DNA of 63,967 nucleotides, counting the filler, from an uncultured Rhodopirellula sp. (lineage in GTDB: Bacteria > Planctomycetota > Planctomycetia > Pirellulales > Pirellulaceae), in the NCBI GenBank assembly GCA_964007735.1. It is 4 parts of 4 records of this genome, joined end to end, with 100 filler letters (N's around TTAATTAATTAA, not from the genome) between each part and the next. Parts side by side here need not be neighbours in the genome. Positions count along the whole stretch, not along the records: positions 1 to 17,859 come from CAXGAI010000069.1; 3 more parts are not named here. The stretch is one strand, 5' to 3'. Shown piece by piece: positions 1 to 9,755 of this stretch. Under the pieces are notes generated by a model. It was not told the origin of the DNA and ran no database searches. It saw only the letters and a program-made list of their open reading frames with translations. Positions within the stretch are counted from its first letter, which is position 1; each line of letters starts with the position of its first letter. A program made the position numbers and the translations under genes.

Positions 1-132
1 GAAGAAGCTGAAGAAGAAGCTGAAGAAGAAGCTGAAGAAGAAGCTGAAGAAGAAGCTGAAGAAGAAGCTGAAGAAGAAGCTGAAGAAGAAGCTGAAGAAG
101 AAGCTGAAGAAGAAGCTGAAGAAGAAGCTGAA
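1..132 (+). repeat. Perfect tandem repeat (GAAGAAGCTGAA)x11 encoding (EEAE)n inside secDF, followed by (GCTGGGCCT)x3 at 139-165
   Basis: Read directly from the sequence; in frame with secDF. Confidence 0.97.
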
Positions 133-1056
133 GCGTCTGCTGGGCCTGCTGGGCCTGCTGGGCCTGCCGCTCCGACACCGCAACCTGCAGGGCCTCCGGC
201 AACAACTAAAAGTGATGACATGCTTCCTGTTACGCCGGCTGAAGAGGAAGTCGCTCAGGAAGTCAGTGAGACAATTTTTGAAATTCATGTTGCTATCGAT
301 GGTAACGAAGTTAGTCTTGATGCAATTGAGCTTGAAGGAATGATTGATACCGCGGCGTCGGCTGCAGGCGTGGATATCGGAAATCGACGTGGTGAGTCTA
401 ATGGTCAAGTGTCTGTTTACGGCTTGGATGATGCACAGGCTGAGTTAATTAAGCAGGAATTGTTGTCGGATAATGGAAAGCCTTATTTTGAAGAAACACA
501 AAAGTTTGGTGCCCAGATCGCCGGCGATATGAAAGAATTGGGGGCCTATGCGATTATCTTTAGCTTTGTTGGAATCATCACTTACATTTGGTTGCGATTC
601 CAACACGTTAGCTTTGGTATTGCAGCGGTGGTTGCTCTTGTGCACGACGTGTTAGTAACCTTGGCGGCGATTGCCGTCAGTGCTTATCTGGCTGAACCAT
701 TAGGTGTTCTTGGGATTGAAGACTTTAAAATCAGTTTACCTGTGATTGCGGCCTTCTTAACAATCATTGGTTACTCGCTTAACGATACGATCGTGGTGTT
801 TGACCGAGTCCGCGAAGTTCGGGGAAAGAACCGCGAGATTACTGCTGAGATGCTTGACCGTAGTGTGAATTCAACGCTGAGCCGTACCTTGTTAACTTCG
901 GTTACCACATTGATCGTAGTTGGGCTTTTGTATGCTGTCGGGGGTTCTGGTATTCACAGTTTTGCATTTGCTTTGGTGATTGGTGTGATTGTTGGTACCT
1001 ATAGTTCGATCTTTGTTGCCTCTCCAACATTGCTGCTCTTAAATCGTAAAAAGTAA
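1..1056 (+). CDS. secDF: Protein translocase subunit SecF / SecDF fusion, 5'-truncated (frame is open from base 1)
   Basis: SecF motifs YIWLRF, ALVHDV, LTIIGYSLNDTIVVFDRVRE, TLSRTLLTS and GTYSSIFVASP. The frame of the track ORF at 220 is open back to base 1. Confidence 0.93.
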   Translation, partial: EEAEEEAEEEAEEEAEEEAEEEAEEEAEEEAEEEAEEEAEEEAEASAGPAGPAGPAAPTPQPAGPPATTKSDDMLPVTPAEEEVAQEVSETIFEIHVAIDGNEVSLDAIELEGMIDTAASAAGVDIGNRRGESNGQVSVYGLDDAQAELIKQELLSDNGKPYFEETQKFGAQIAGDMKELGAYAIIFSFVGIITYIWLRFQHVSFGIAAVVALVHDVLVTLAAIAVSAYLAEPLGVLGIEDFKISLPVIAAFLTIIGYSLNDTIVVFDRVREVRGKNREITAEMLDRSVNSTLSRTLLTSVTTLIVVGLLYAVGGSGIHSFAFALVIGVIVGTYSSIFVASPTLLLLNRKK

Positions 1057-1074
1057 GCTTGACTTGTCGATAAA

Positions 1075-1112
1075 ATCAAAAAAGGGAGCTTCAAAGAGCC
1101 CCCTTTTTTGAT
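1075..1112. terminator. Bidirectional rho-independent terminator between convergent secDF and LysM genes
   Basis: ATCAAAAAAGGGAGCTT-CAAA-GAGCCCCCTTTTTTGAT: a GC-rich stem flanked by an A-tract and a T-tract. Confidence 0.85.
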
Positions 1113-1134
1113 GCCGACTTGTTAGCGCTTCGTG

Positions 1135-1824
1135 CTAATCATCCTTCGGAATCACTGGAGCTGGTGGTACAGGTTGTCTGATCGGAGTTTGTTTTCCGGA
1201 GAACTGCTGAGTATTGAACTCCATCGATCGATTGGAGATTTGTGAGAATAGTTCGGGGGATGGTGGTGCTGGTATTTTGATTTCCACACCAATAGGCAAG
1301 AGATTCGGTTTGGAGATTAACATACGATTTTGTTGGTAAATCCAGTCCGCTAAGTTGGCCTGTCCAAGAAAGTGCTCAGCAATCCCAGTCAGTGTATCTC
1401 CATTTTGAATAGTGTAGGTCGAAAGGATTTCAGGCTTCGTTTCCGACAAATTAAGTCTGGCGATATGTAGTGATGTGCTGTCATTAGCCTGGGATTCTGG
1501 ATAAGAGTCACTTATCTCAGGGGCCCGCGCAGGTGTAAGTGAGATGGTAGGAGGAGCGAGCCGAGCCTTGGCTTTTCTCCGTTGCTGCTGCAATTCGGTC
1601 TGATAGAGTGCCGTAGCCGGAGACTCCAGTTTTCCATCAGGAATAGGGTGCGCCGATTCGACAGGATCAAAAGAGGGCTTTTGAACGATTGACGGGTCTA
1701 TAGGCACGGACAGATTCTGATTTCTTTGATCACCGTCCGTGGCATGTCGCTGGAATGGAATAGCTCCTAGAATTCCAGCAACCAGAATGCCCGTACCCAC
1801 AAACCAATGTTTGTGGATAAGCAT
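1135..1824 (-). CDS. LysM peptidoglycan-binding domain protein with N-terminal membrane anchor
   Basis: LysM/CIS-tube-type motif YTIQNGDTLTGIAEHFLG...IYQQN...PNLLPIGVEIKIP; hydrophobic N-terminus. Confidence 0.85.
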   Translation of the reverse strand: MLIHKHWFVGTGILVAGILGAIPFQRHATDGDQRNQNLSVPIDPSIVQKPSFDPVESAHPIPDGKLESPATALYQTELQQQRRKAKARLAPPTISLTPARAPEISDSYPESQANDSTSLHIARLNLSETKPEILSTYTIQNGDTLTGIAEHFLGQANLADWIYQQNRMLISKPNLLPIGVEIKIPAPPSPELFSQISNRSMEFNTQQFSGKQTPIRQPVPPAPVIPKDD

Positions 1825-1986
1825 TTCTGTACCTTTGTCATTTAATTAAATGTTGGAATAGTCCTTACCCTTTTGAGGGCATCCAACACTTTCTCTTTCG
1901 ACAGCCAAAGGCTTTAATACTTAACCCAACCGGCGTTTTTTTTTGCAACCGGTTTGGAAGTGTTCAGGCTGCATCGATCTTGATGA

Positions 1987-2982
1987 TTATAGGGCGTTTG
2001 GATCACGACTTGACCACTGAAGTGTCTCATCCTTTTCGAGACGATTTATCAAAAAATTATAGAATAGTGCGTTTGGATGAGGCTCAGGGTTGGCGACTTG
2101 GAGAATTCCCGAGCCCTGCGCACCAGTGTTTAAGCCAAACAGAAACAGCTTCGTGCCGCTCCAATTAATTGTTCCATCAGTATTTTTCTGATCTTTGTGA
2201 AAACGAGTGAGTTGATTGTGGATGCGTTTGCTTTCTGAAAAGTACTGAGGGTTTTGCTGACCAGCAATAATCATAATATTTAGATTTTGTTTGATCGTTG
2301 GGTGTGATAATCCAAGTTGAGGTGTCAGGCCTTTATGGGATTGCAAGGGGGTGAATAGAATCAGCGCCTTTACATCCTGCCCATTGCGAATCAGGCCTTT
2401 GCCGGGCTTGTTCCAGTCCAAAGCCGCCCAGTTAAGGGCCAGAATCGCTGTAATATCGGATCCGACAACGGTTAGTTTTTCTAGATTTAGTTGCCCTTCA
2501 TCATTCTTGGCTCTTAAGAATGACTTGCAGCTTTCAATGTCTTGTACCACGCTGGTAAATTCAGCTTTAGAGAATTTCTCTCGGTCAATTTCTATACGGC
2601 CGTTAATATCTCGAGGATTACGACGTTCGACGGATTTACCATGGCCTCGTAAATCTGGAATGATGACGGCATGTCCCATATGTTCCTGAATGGCAGTTGC
2701 CAACTTGGTGTAGACAGCGCTGTTGGCAGATACGTTAAGCATGCTATGAAGCATAATGATAGGAATGGATTCCTTCCCTTTAGTCCCGGGATAGAACTTC
2801 ACATTAAGAAAAACACCGTCTTTGGTCTCCAGAACATGAGACTCAACGGGAGGGAGTTCTTTTTTCGGTTTTTCCTCGTCCTGTGCCAAAAGCAACGAAT
2901 TCAGACTGCAGAATGCCAGCAGTGGGACCCAGATAAATTTGGTAGAGAATGGTGAGGTCATACGTAATAGAGAACGAGACAT
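1987..2982 (-). CDS. Secreted alpha/beta-hydrolase-fold protein (catalytic Ser apparently absent)
   Basis: Signal peptide; LETKDGV.L, IIMLH, PDLRGHGKS, VKALILFTP. The nucleophile elbow reads VVGSDITA. Confidence 0.8.
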   Translation of the reverse strand: MSRSLLRMTSPFSTKFIWVPLLAFCSLNSLLLAQDEEKPKKELPPVESHVLETKDGVFLNVKFYPGTKGKESIPIIMLHSMLNVSANSAVYTKLATAIQEHMGHAVIIPDLRGHGKSVERRNPRDINGRIEIDREKFSKAEFTSVVQDIESCKSFLRAKNDEGQLNLEKLTVVGSDITAILALNWAALDWNKPGKGLIRNGQDVKALILFTPLQSHKGLTPQLGLSHPTIKQNLNIMIIAGQQNPQYFSESKRIHNQLTRFHKDQKNTDGTINWSGTKLFLFGLNTGAQGSGILQVANPEPHPNALFYNFLINRLEKDETLQWSSRDPNAL

Positions 2983-3385
2983 AACCTACAGGACTCCTCA
3001 GTGGTTGGTTAACAATAGCGGTTTAATTGATAATACGAGGGAAAGGTAACGCAAAGGCGGGGCTTTCTGCAAGAGGAAGCCGATTCTTATCCTTTCCCCC
3101 CCAATACTAGAGTCGAGCAGGTTATGCGTCAAATCAATCTTCCTGGCGGTTGTAGGGAAGTAATAAAATATTTGGATTGTTGAGTACAGTTTACCCTTTT
3201 CCGGCGTTCTAATTGATGTAGGCAGAGAGATGCATTCATTACTAGAATCGACTAAATGCCTTGCTTTTTAGTGCCATTAGGTAAAAAATAGGGTTAGTTC
3301 GCCCGCCTGTTGGTGTCGATATTTCTAAATGGGGATGAAGCGAAGGTAACAGGCCGACAGCTTGTGATAACAGCGGAGAGATAAA

Positions 3386-5395
3386 GTGGAAAAACGGTCA
3401 AAGCTAGTCCAATGGTGGCAGTCCCGGACAGGGGAGGAAGAAACTCCATTTGATACGGATTCTTCAGCATTCCTGCTCTCTGTGATGGTGCATGTCGCCA
3501 TATTAGTTGCCTTGGGACTTTGGCCTCTTCTGGCTAATCAAGATGACGAGTCTTTAGTGATCACGACCACCAAGGTTGATATAGAGGAAATCACCGAAAC
3601 AGCGCCTCCTGAACAAATTCATTTTAGTGAGCAGGAGATGGCAGATATTGGTGCTAACAGTGATTTGGGTACACAGATGGCTCTTTCGGAAGCTCCCGTG
3701 ATTGCTGAGATTTCTGAAATACCCAATCCAGCGGATCCGTCTGATCAGGAAGTTGCAGAAATCCTGCTCAATAATGAGGTTGTTCAGGCAACGGGCCTTC
3801 ATTTTAATGAAAATTTGGCTGTGCGTGGTGCCGTGGGGACTGGAACGACTGGTGCAAGTGGCGCTGTAGATCGTATCACTCATGAAATTCTGTTGTCACT
3901 TGAAGAGCGACGTACTTTAGTCGTTTGGCTGTTTGATCAGTCAGGTAGTCTGGCTCGTCAGCGGGAAAAGATTCACGACCGTTTTGATAAAATCTATGAA
4001 GAATTGGGGATTCTTGAAGCTGCTGAAGATGAAGCCTTTCAGGGTAAAGATCCATTGCTGACTCAGGTGATGGCTTTTGGGAAGTCGATCTCAAAGATGA
4101 TGAAAGACCCGACTGCGAATCTGGCTGAGATTAAAGAGGCTGTTAAAGCGATCCCGCAGGATGATACCGGTGTTGAATTAACCTTTGAAGCGGTCGTTCG
4201 TGCAGTAAACGGTCATGCTGAGTACCGTCGCCCCGATGCAAATGGTGACCCTAAACGAAATGTGATGGTCATCGTGGTATCTGATGAAGCGGGGGAAGAT
4301 CAGGCAAACGTTGATTTGGCCGTAAAAACTTGTCAGAAACTTGCGGTACCGATCTACGTCATCGGGGTTCCTGCTCCATTCGGTCGACAGGAAACGTTAG
4401 TGAAGTGGGTAGATCCGGACCCAATGTATGATCAGACTCCGCAGTGGGGACGCGTAAATCAGGGACCTGAATCGGTTATGGCTGAGCGGGTGAAGCTGCG
4501 GTTTATCGGCAGTCGTGACGAGGAGGTTCCTGTCGACTCTGGCTTTGGCCCCTGGGCTCTAACTCGGCTTTGCTACGAAACCGGCGGGATTTATTTTGCG
4601 GTACACCCGAACCGAAATGTGAATAAATCGGTGTCACGAAGAGAGGTGACAGCCTATTCGTCGCATCTTCAACAGTTTTTTGATCCGACGGTGATGCGAG
4701 ATTATCGCCCGGACTATGTGAATTACCGTGAGTATGAGCGTCGACTTAAAGAGTCGAAAATGAGGACAGCTTTGGTTCAGGCGGCCCAGATGTCATGGAG
4801 TACTCCGATGCGGGATCCGCAGACTAGATTCGTAAAACGTGACGAAGCAGGTTTTAGCAATGAACTGTCGGAATCCCAAAAGCAAGCTGCTCAGCTTGAG
4901 CCGCAGCTCGAGAATCTTTCTCAGTTGCTATTGCTTGGTGCCGCGGATCGGGACAAAGAAAAGTCGTTACGGTGGAAAGCTGGGTATGATCTGGCATTGG
5001 GCCGGGTCCTTGCCACTAAAGTACGTACAGAGACTTACAATGCGATGTTAGCTTTAGCCAAACGTGGGTTGAAGTTGGATGATCCGAAGTCAAATACGTT
5101 CACACTTGTTCCAGCAGACAGTGTTACAGTTGGGAGCCAGTATAAGAAGAATGCGGATAAAGCCAAGGAATTGCTTGAAGGCGTGATGCGTGACCACGAA
5201 GGTACTCCATGGGCCTATCTGGCTGAAAAGGAATTATCGGTTCCAATTGGTTGGGAATGGAAAGAATCATACACAGACCTTTCACCTCCTCCGCGGCCTG
5301 GAGCAGGTAATGGTGGTAATCCCCCACCAGCGCAGAATGATGCGGCAAATATGCTTAAGAAGCCACCTCCAAAGCGTCGTCCACCAAAACTCTAA
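3386..5395 (+). CDS. Membrane-anchored von Willebrand factor A domain protein (planctomycete type)
   Basis: MIDAS motif LFDQSGS and VIVVSDEAG; N-terminal TM helix; acidic linker; Pro-rich C-terminus. Confidence 0.85.
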   Translation: MEKRSKLVQWWQSRTGEEETPFDTDSSAFLLSVMVHVAILVALGLWPLLANQDDESLVITTTKVDIEEITETAPPEQIHFSEQEMADIGANSDLGTQMALSEAPVIAEISEIPNPADPSDQEVAEILLNNEVVQATGLHFNENLAVRGAVGTGTTGASGAVDRITHEILLSLEERRTLVVWLFDQSGSLARQREKIHDRFDKIYEELGILEAAEDEAFQGKDPLLTQVMAFGKSISKMMKDPTANLAEIKEAVKAIPQDDTGVELTFEAVVRAVNGHAEYRRPDANGDPKRNVMVIVVSDEAGEDQANVDLAVKTCQKLAVPIYVIGVPAPFGRQETLVKWVDPDPMYDQTPQWGRVNQGPESVMAERVKLRFIGSRDEEVPVDSGFGPWALTRLCYETGGIYFAVHPNRNVNKSVSRREVTAYSSHLQQFFDPTVMRDYRPDYVNYREYERRLKESKMRTALVQAAQMSWSTPMRDPQTRFVKRDEAGFSNELSESQKQAAQLEPQLENLSQLLLLGAADRDKEKSLRWKAGYDLALGRVLATKVRTETYNAMLALAKRGLKLDDPKSNTFTLVPADSVTVGSQYKKNADKAKELLEGVMRDHEGTPWAYLAEKELSVPIGWEWKESYTDLSPPPRPGAGNGGNPPPAQNDAANMLKKPPPKRRPPKL

Positions 5396-5449
5396 TCGTA
5401 GATTATCGCCTCGGCGGCTCTAATCGAAGGCTGTAATTCTTCGACAGCA

Positions 5450-5893
5450 ATGAAGGGAGATTTCGTGCACGATCCCCTGAAGATACCAAGGTTTTTTCGT
5501 TGCGTGCTAGCTGTGGCTAGTCTAATTGTAGCGAGCGTGCTGGTAACAGCCGCGACTTTGGAACCTTCTCGTAAAGGTATGGGTACCCATGAGCAACTCG
5601 GGTTGAGCCCCTGCTATTTTCCGGAAAGACTGGGGGTTCCCTGTCCGGCCTGTGGTATGACAACATCCTGGGCTCATCTGATGAAGGGCAATGTCAGAGC
5701 TTCTGCTGAGGTTAATTTAGGAGGATTTATGCTCTGCGTTACCTGTCTGCTATGCGTGCCCTGGTTTATGTTGTCGGCGATAAAAGGTCGCTGGATTCTC
5801 ATGAGAATGACGGACGGGAGGATATTGGTATTTTTGGTGAGCTGGCTTTTGGTTACTATGGCAGACTGGCTGCTACGCCGTTTACTAATTTGA
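5450..5893 (+). CDS. DUF2752-family membrane protein
   Basis: PCYF...GVPCPACGMTTSW motif with flanking TM helices. Confidence 0.8.
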   Translation: MKGDFVHDPLKIPRFFRCVLAVASLIVASVLVTAATLEPSRKGMGTHEQLGLSPCYFPERLGVPCPACGMTTSWAHLMKGNVRASAEVNLGGFMLCVTCLLCVPWFMLSAIKGRWILMRMTDGRILVFLVSWLLVTMADWLLRRLLI

Positions 5894-5912
5894 ATGCAGG
5901 ACGCAGAAAACA

Positions 5913-6563
5913 ATGTCACGGACTCGACGGAATCTCTTCATTTTATTAGCTTTGGCTTCTTTCGCTTCGCTTTCCGGTTGTGCCGGACTCATAGCCTATC
6001 CTTTGTATGTAATTAAGGGAGATAGCGTTCCTGCTAATTATGACAAGCTTAGCGGAAAACGCGTTGCTGTCATTTGTAAGTCAGCTTCAGCTGCTTCTGG
6101 TCCTAATTCTCCCGAGTCTCTGATTAGCCAGCAGTTTAGTCAAATTCTTCAGGAGCGGGTTTCCAAGGTAGAGATCGTACCGGTTGAAGAAGTTGCGGAT
6201 TGGATTGATCGAAACAATTGGAACGAGATTGATTGCGTCGAAGTTGGAAGAGGTGTGAATGCTGATGCCATCGTCTTGTTGGCTGTTGAGTCGTTTAGTT
6301 TGAAAGACAGCCCAACTCTGTTCAAAGGTCGTTCCACCGTCACTACCAAGGTTTATGACATTGTGCAGGATGGCAAAGTGGATTATCAGGCTAATACATT
6401 TGACTTTGCCTATCCCGAAAACGGCGGTCGGCATACGACCGAGCTTAGTGATGCAGCTTTCCAACGCCAGTTTACGAAAGCTTTGAGCCGGCATCTGGCC
6501 AAGGACTTTTTCAAATATGACAAGTCAGAAGATTATGCACAGGATGCAACTTTGATTCAATAG
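5913..6563 (+). CDS. Hypothetical lipoprotein
   Basis: Lipobox LSGC after a basic/hydrophobic signal; tightly spaced in a plus-strand operon. Confidence 0.75.
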   Translation: MSRTRRNLFILLALASFASLSGCAGLIAYPLYVIKGDSVPANYDKLSGKRVAVICKSASAASGPNSPESLISQQFSQILQERVSKVEIVPVEEVADWIDRNNWNEIDCVEVGRGVNADAIVLLAVESFSLKDSPTLFKGRSTVTTKVYDIVQDGKVDYQANTFDFAYPENGGRHTTELSDAAFQRQFTKALSRHLAKDFFKYDKSEDYAQDATLIQ

Positions 6564-6585
6564 TTTCCGATATCGAATTATTGCT

Positions 6586-6625
6586 AAGAGGCCGTGGGCG
6601 AAAGCGTATGGCCTCTTTGCGTTTT
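6586..6625. terminator. Hairpin terminator between convergent genes
   Basis: AAGAGGCCGT-GGGCGAAAGCGT-ATGGCCTCTT followed by TGCGTTTT. Confidence 0.65.
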
Positions 6626-6654
6626 GCGAGCGGTTGCTGGATTTCTATTCCGGA

Positions 6655-7443
6655 TTAAATCTCGTCGGAGCGGATGCAGACTCTTTCGATGCTTTTAGCT
6701 TTCCCCGTGTGGATATTAACGTCCACGATGGCCCCGCCGAGGCGCACATCCTGTGTGGCAACTTGGAATTGGGTCGGTCGAAAGGTTGTGGTGGCCTCCG
6801 TGACCGCCGAAATTTTACGGCCGAGAATACTTTCGTAAGGTCCGGTCATTCCCACATCACACTGAAATGCTGTTCCTCCGGGAAGGATACACTCATCGGC
6901 TGTTGGAACGTGGGTGTGAGTTCCCAACACAGCCGTTACTCGGCCATCAAGGTACCGACCCATTAGTTGTTTATCGCTGGTCGCTTCGGCATGAAAGTCC
7001 ACTAGAATCACTCGAACAGTCGACGGGACCTGACTAAGGATCTTATCAGCAGCCTGAAAAGGACAATCCACGGGCTTCATGAAAACTCGGCCCATCAAGC
7101 TGACAATAGCGACCTGTTCTCCCGCTGCTTCACCAATGATGGCGAGTTTTTGACCTGGTGCGTCCTCCGGAAAGTTAGCCGGCTTCACAATATTCGAATT
7201 GCTGGATAACACAGAATAGATTTCTTTACGTCGATAAATGTGATCACCGAGTGTAATGCCATCCACGCCGGCGGCTATCAACTTGTCATAGATTTTGGGG
7301 GTTAGTCCGGAACCGTCAGCTGAGTTTTCAGCATTGGCAATCACCACGTTCACGTTGTGTCGCGAGCGAATAGTATTAAGGTTATCGCAAATCATGGTGT
7401 AGCCAGGTTTGCCAACGATGTCACCGATAAATAGGATCCGCAC
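6655..7443 (-). CDS. ymdB: YmdB-family metallophosphoesterase (TIGR00282)
   Basis: ILFIGDIVGKPG, NAENSA.G.G, TLGDH, DFHAEATSDK, GTHTHVPTAD, DVGMTGP. Lies downstream of rny, as in Bacillus. Confidence 0.95.
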   Translation of the reverse strand: MRILFIGDIVGKPGYTMICDNLNTIRSRHNVNVVIANAENSADGSGLTPKIYDKLIAAGVDGITLGDHIYRRKEIYSVLSSNSNIVKPANFPEDAPGQKLAIIGEAAGEQVAIVSLMGRVFMKPVDCPFQAADKILSQVPSTVRVILVDFHAEATSDKQLMGRYLDGRVTAVLGTHTHVPTADECILPGGTAFQCDVGMTGPYESILGRKISAVTEATTTFRPTQFQVATQDVRLGGAIVDVNIHTGKAKSIERVCIRSDEI

Positions 7444-7490
7444 GAGTTTAATCTCCGCCGGTACTTAATTCTGAACAGGGAAAATGGGCC

Positions 7491-9068
7491 TTAGCGAGCG
7501 AACTCTGTAAAGCGACTTTCACGAATGACAGTCACTTTGATTTCCCCGGGATATGTCAACTGTTCTTCAAACTGCTGGGCAATTCCGCGAGCAACCTTTG
7601 CAGCGGATTCGTCATCCGCTTTTTCTGAACTGATAATTACTCGCAGTTCGCGGCCAGCCTGAATCGCGTAGGCCTGTTGTACTCCATTGTATTCACGAGC
7701 AATCGACTCAAGTTCTTCCATTCGCTTGATATATCGGTCAAGGGATTCGCGTCGAGCGCCTGGACGAGAGGCTGAGCAGGCGTCCCCAGTTGCTGTGAGG
7801 ACAGTGTACGGATATTCCGATACGATTTCATCATGATGCCCGAAGGCAGCATGTACCACTTCCGGTGACTCACCGTGACGTTTCAGCAGGTCCGCACCGA
7901 TTTGCGGATGGCCTCCTTCCAGTTCATGATCGGCTGCCTTTCCAATATCATGAAGTAAGCCTGCCCGGCGGGCTAGGTCCGCATCGAGCCCCACCATTTC
8001 AGCTAGCATGCCCGCAAGGAAAGCTACTTCGATACTGTGTCTCAGCACATTTTGGCTGTAGCTAGTTCGGAAGTGAAGGCGTCCCAGCATGTAAGTCACG
8101 CGTTCGTGGAGACCGTTTACATTAACTTCCACTGCCGCTTCCTTGCCTTTTTTGATGATGAATTTTTCAATTTTTTGTTCGGTCTCTTTTACCACTTCTT
8201 CAATGCGAGATGGATGAATGCGTCCATCGGTGATAAGATCGCTCAAAGAGCGTCGGGCAATTTCTCGCCGTACTGGGTCAAAGCTAGAGACGATCACGAC
8301 ACCCGGCGTATCATCAATAATCACATCTACACCGGTTGCTTTCTCAAAGGCGCGAATGTTTCGGCCTTCACGCCCAATAATGCGGCCCTTCATTTCATCG
8401 CTGGGGATATCCACCGTGCTTGTAGTGCTGTCAGCGGTGTGAGACGCTGCATATCGTTGCATCGTCATGATGAGCATTTCACGGGACTTCTCTTCGCAAA
8501 CTTCCTGAATACTCTTTTCATGTTTTAGAATGACGGCCCCCATTTCCTGTTCAAGTTCATCTTCCAGTAGCGCAAGTAAACGGGTGGTGGCTTCTTCTTT
8601 ATTGAGATTGGTGAGTTCCATCAGTGATGAGCGATGTTTCTCGAGTTGTTTATCAAGCTCTTTTTGGCGTTGTTCAGCGCCCTGTAATTTGTCGGTTAAG
8701 CGTTGTTGATTTGCCTGAACCATTTTCTCCTGTTTGCGCAGTGCATCCTCACGTTCGCTGAGTTGATTCGTTTGATTTTTAAGTTGATCTTCCTCTTCGC
8801 GTAGACGATCTCGGGATTGGCTGAGCTCTTTTTCAGCTTCGGATTTGTACTGGATTGCCGCTTCCTTCGCTTCGATCTTCGCTTCCGAGATGATCTGTTT
8901 AGCTTCCAGTTCGTGTTCTTTTAGTTTTGCCTCGCGGTTCTTCTTCTGGAGAGCATTTGCAATGATGAGTGCAACAATAACACCGATGATGACGCCAGAC
9001 AGAGCAAATACGCCCTCCGTCGCACCAAGACCTATCAGGAGGCCCGGTAAATTTGAGAATATGTACAT
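7491..9068 (-). CDS. rny: Ribonuclease Y (alternative upstream ATG at 9140)
   Basis: N-terminal TM and coiled coil; KH domain [19 protein letters not shown] domain HSIEVA...LLHDIGK; C-terminal [10 protein letters not shown] and [12 protein letters not shown]. Confidence 0.97.
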   Translation of the reverse strand: MYIFSNLPGLLIGLGATEGVFALSGVIIGVIVALIIANALQKKNREAKLKEHELEAKQIISEAKIEAKEAAIQYKSEAEKELSQSRDRLREEEDQLKNQTNQLSEREDALRKQEKMVQANQQRLTDKLQGAEQRQKELDKQLEKHRSSLMELTNLNKEEATTRLLALLEDELEQEMGAVILKHEKSIQEVCEEKSREMLIMTMQRYAASHTADSTTSTVDIPSDEMKGRIIGREGRNIRAFEKATGVDVIIDDTPGVVIVSSFDPVRREIARRSLSDLITDGRIHPSRIEEVVKETEQKIEKFIIKKGKEAAVEVNVNGLHERVTYMLGRLHFRTSYSQNVLRHSIEVAFLAGMLAEMVGLDADLARRAGLLHDIGKAADHELEGGHPQIGADLLKRHGESPEVVHAAFGHHDEIVSEYPYTVLTATGDACSASRPGARRESLDRYIKRMEELESIAREYNGVQQAYAIQAGRELRVIISSEKADDESAAKVARGIAQQFEEQLTYPGEIKVTVIRESRFTEFAR

Positions 9069-9298
9069 AGGATTTTCCCGTTTGCTATATCGAGCAACCG
9101 GTGCAAGCGTCTTATCGCTCGCAGCAATCTGAATGACCATCTGCTACTAAAATAAAAGCGCAGTTTGAGATATATGTAAAGGTGATTACATCAATTGTCG
9201 GTGGTCAGTACGCTGCAAGTCCGTATGGAGTGTTCGTAACACGTATTGCAGTTTTGGAATGTCATAAAAATGGACAAAACTTTTGAGTACTGAGAAAT

Positions 9299-9465
9299 CC
9301 TGACAACTCCACGAAAGTGAAAAAACAGGCATAACAGGCGTAAGTGGCATCTCATAGCCAGCCTTCGTCGACGAAAGGTTCATCGATTGCGGTGAAGACG
9401 TGGCTAGCGAGCCGGAATCCCTGCAAAAAAAGCTGGCTACGGAAGAAAATAGGACCGCAGTCAGG
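9299..9465 (-). ncRNA. ssrS: Candidate 6S RNA (long irregular hairpin upstream of rny)
   Basis: Minus strand: closing pair CCUGAC/GUCAGG, a 14-bp inner helix CGUAGCCAGCUUUU/GAAGGCUGGCUAUG (its G-U pairs work only on this strand) and UGAACC on the 3' arm. About 170 nt long, upstream of rny-ymdB. Confidence 0.5.
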
Positions 9466-9755
9466 CTTAGATCGAAAGCGGAAACCGCTTTGCGAAAGAC
9501 AATCGAAATGTAATTCAAAAACCGAATCATAAAAATCTCAAACAAACAGCTTTGCAATAGGTGGTTTCTTCAGAATACGGCGCTCTACAAAGTTGTATAA
9601 AGTTTGGTTTATTGGATTTACCATTAATACGTCGCTTCTTTGTGAACCAAGTTCGTCATAAAATGCGACAAGACCAATGTACCAGACTGAGAGGGCCATC
9701 TGCAACTTCTGGAACCTCTCGGTTCAAGCGACATGCGACTCTGGATGACTAAAGA

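Noticed and set aside
1..132. Regular repeat that could be mistaken for a CRISPR array
   Set aside because: 12-nt units with no spacers, in frame in a coding gene, and no cas genes.
1926..1957. CCAACCGG...T9...CCGGTTTGG inverted repeat
   Set aside because: Imperfect stem with the T-run in the loop; not a convincing terminator.
6634..6966. Antisense and alternative-frame ORFs (also 8037-8528, 26813-27322, 28095-28604, 37408-37923, 55772-56266 and others)
   Set aside because: Shadow ORFs of well-supported genes, with no independent motifs.
9186..9557. 123-aa minus-strand ORF upstream of rny
   Set aside because: No recognisable motifs; overlaps the structured 6S-like region and is likely spurious.
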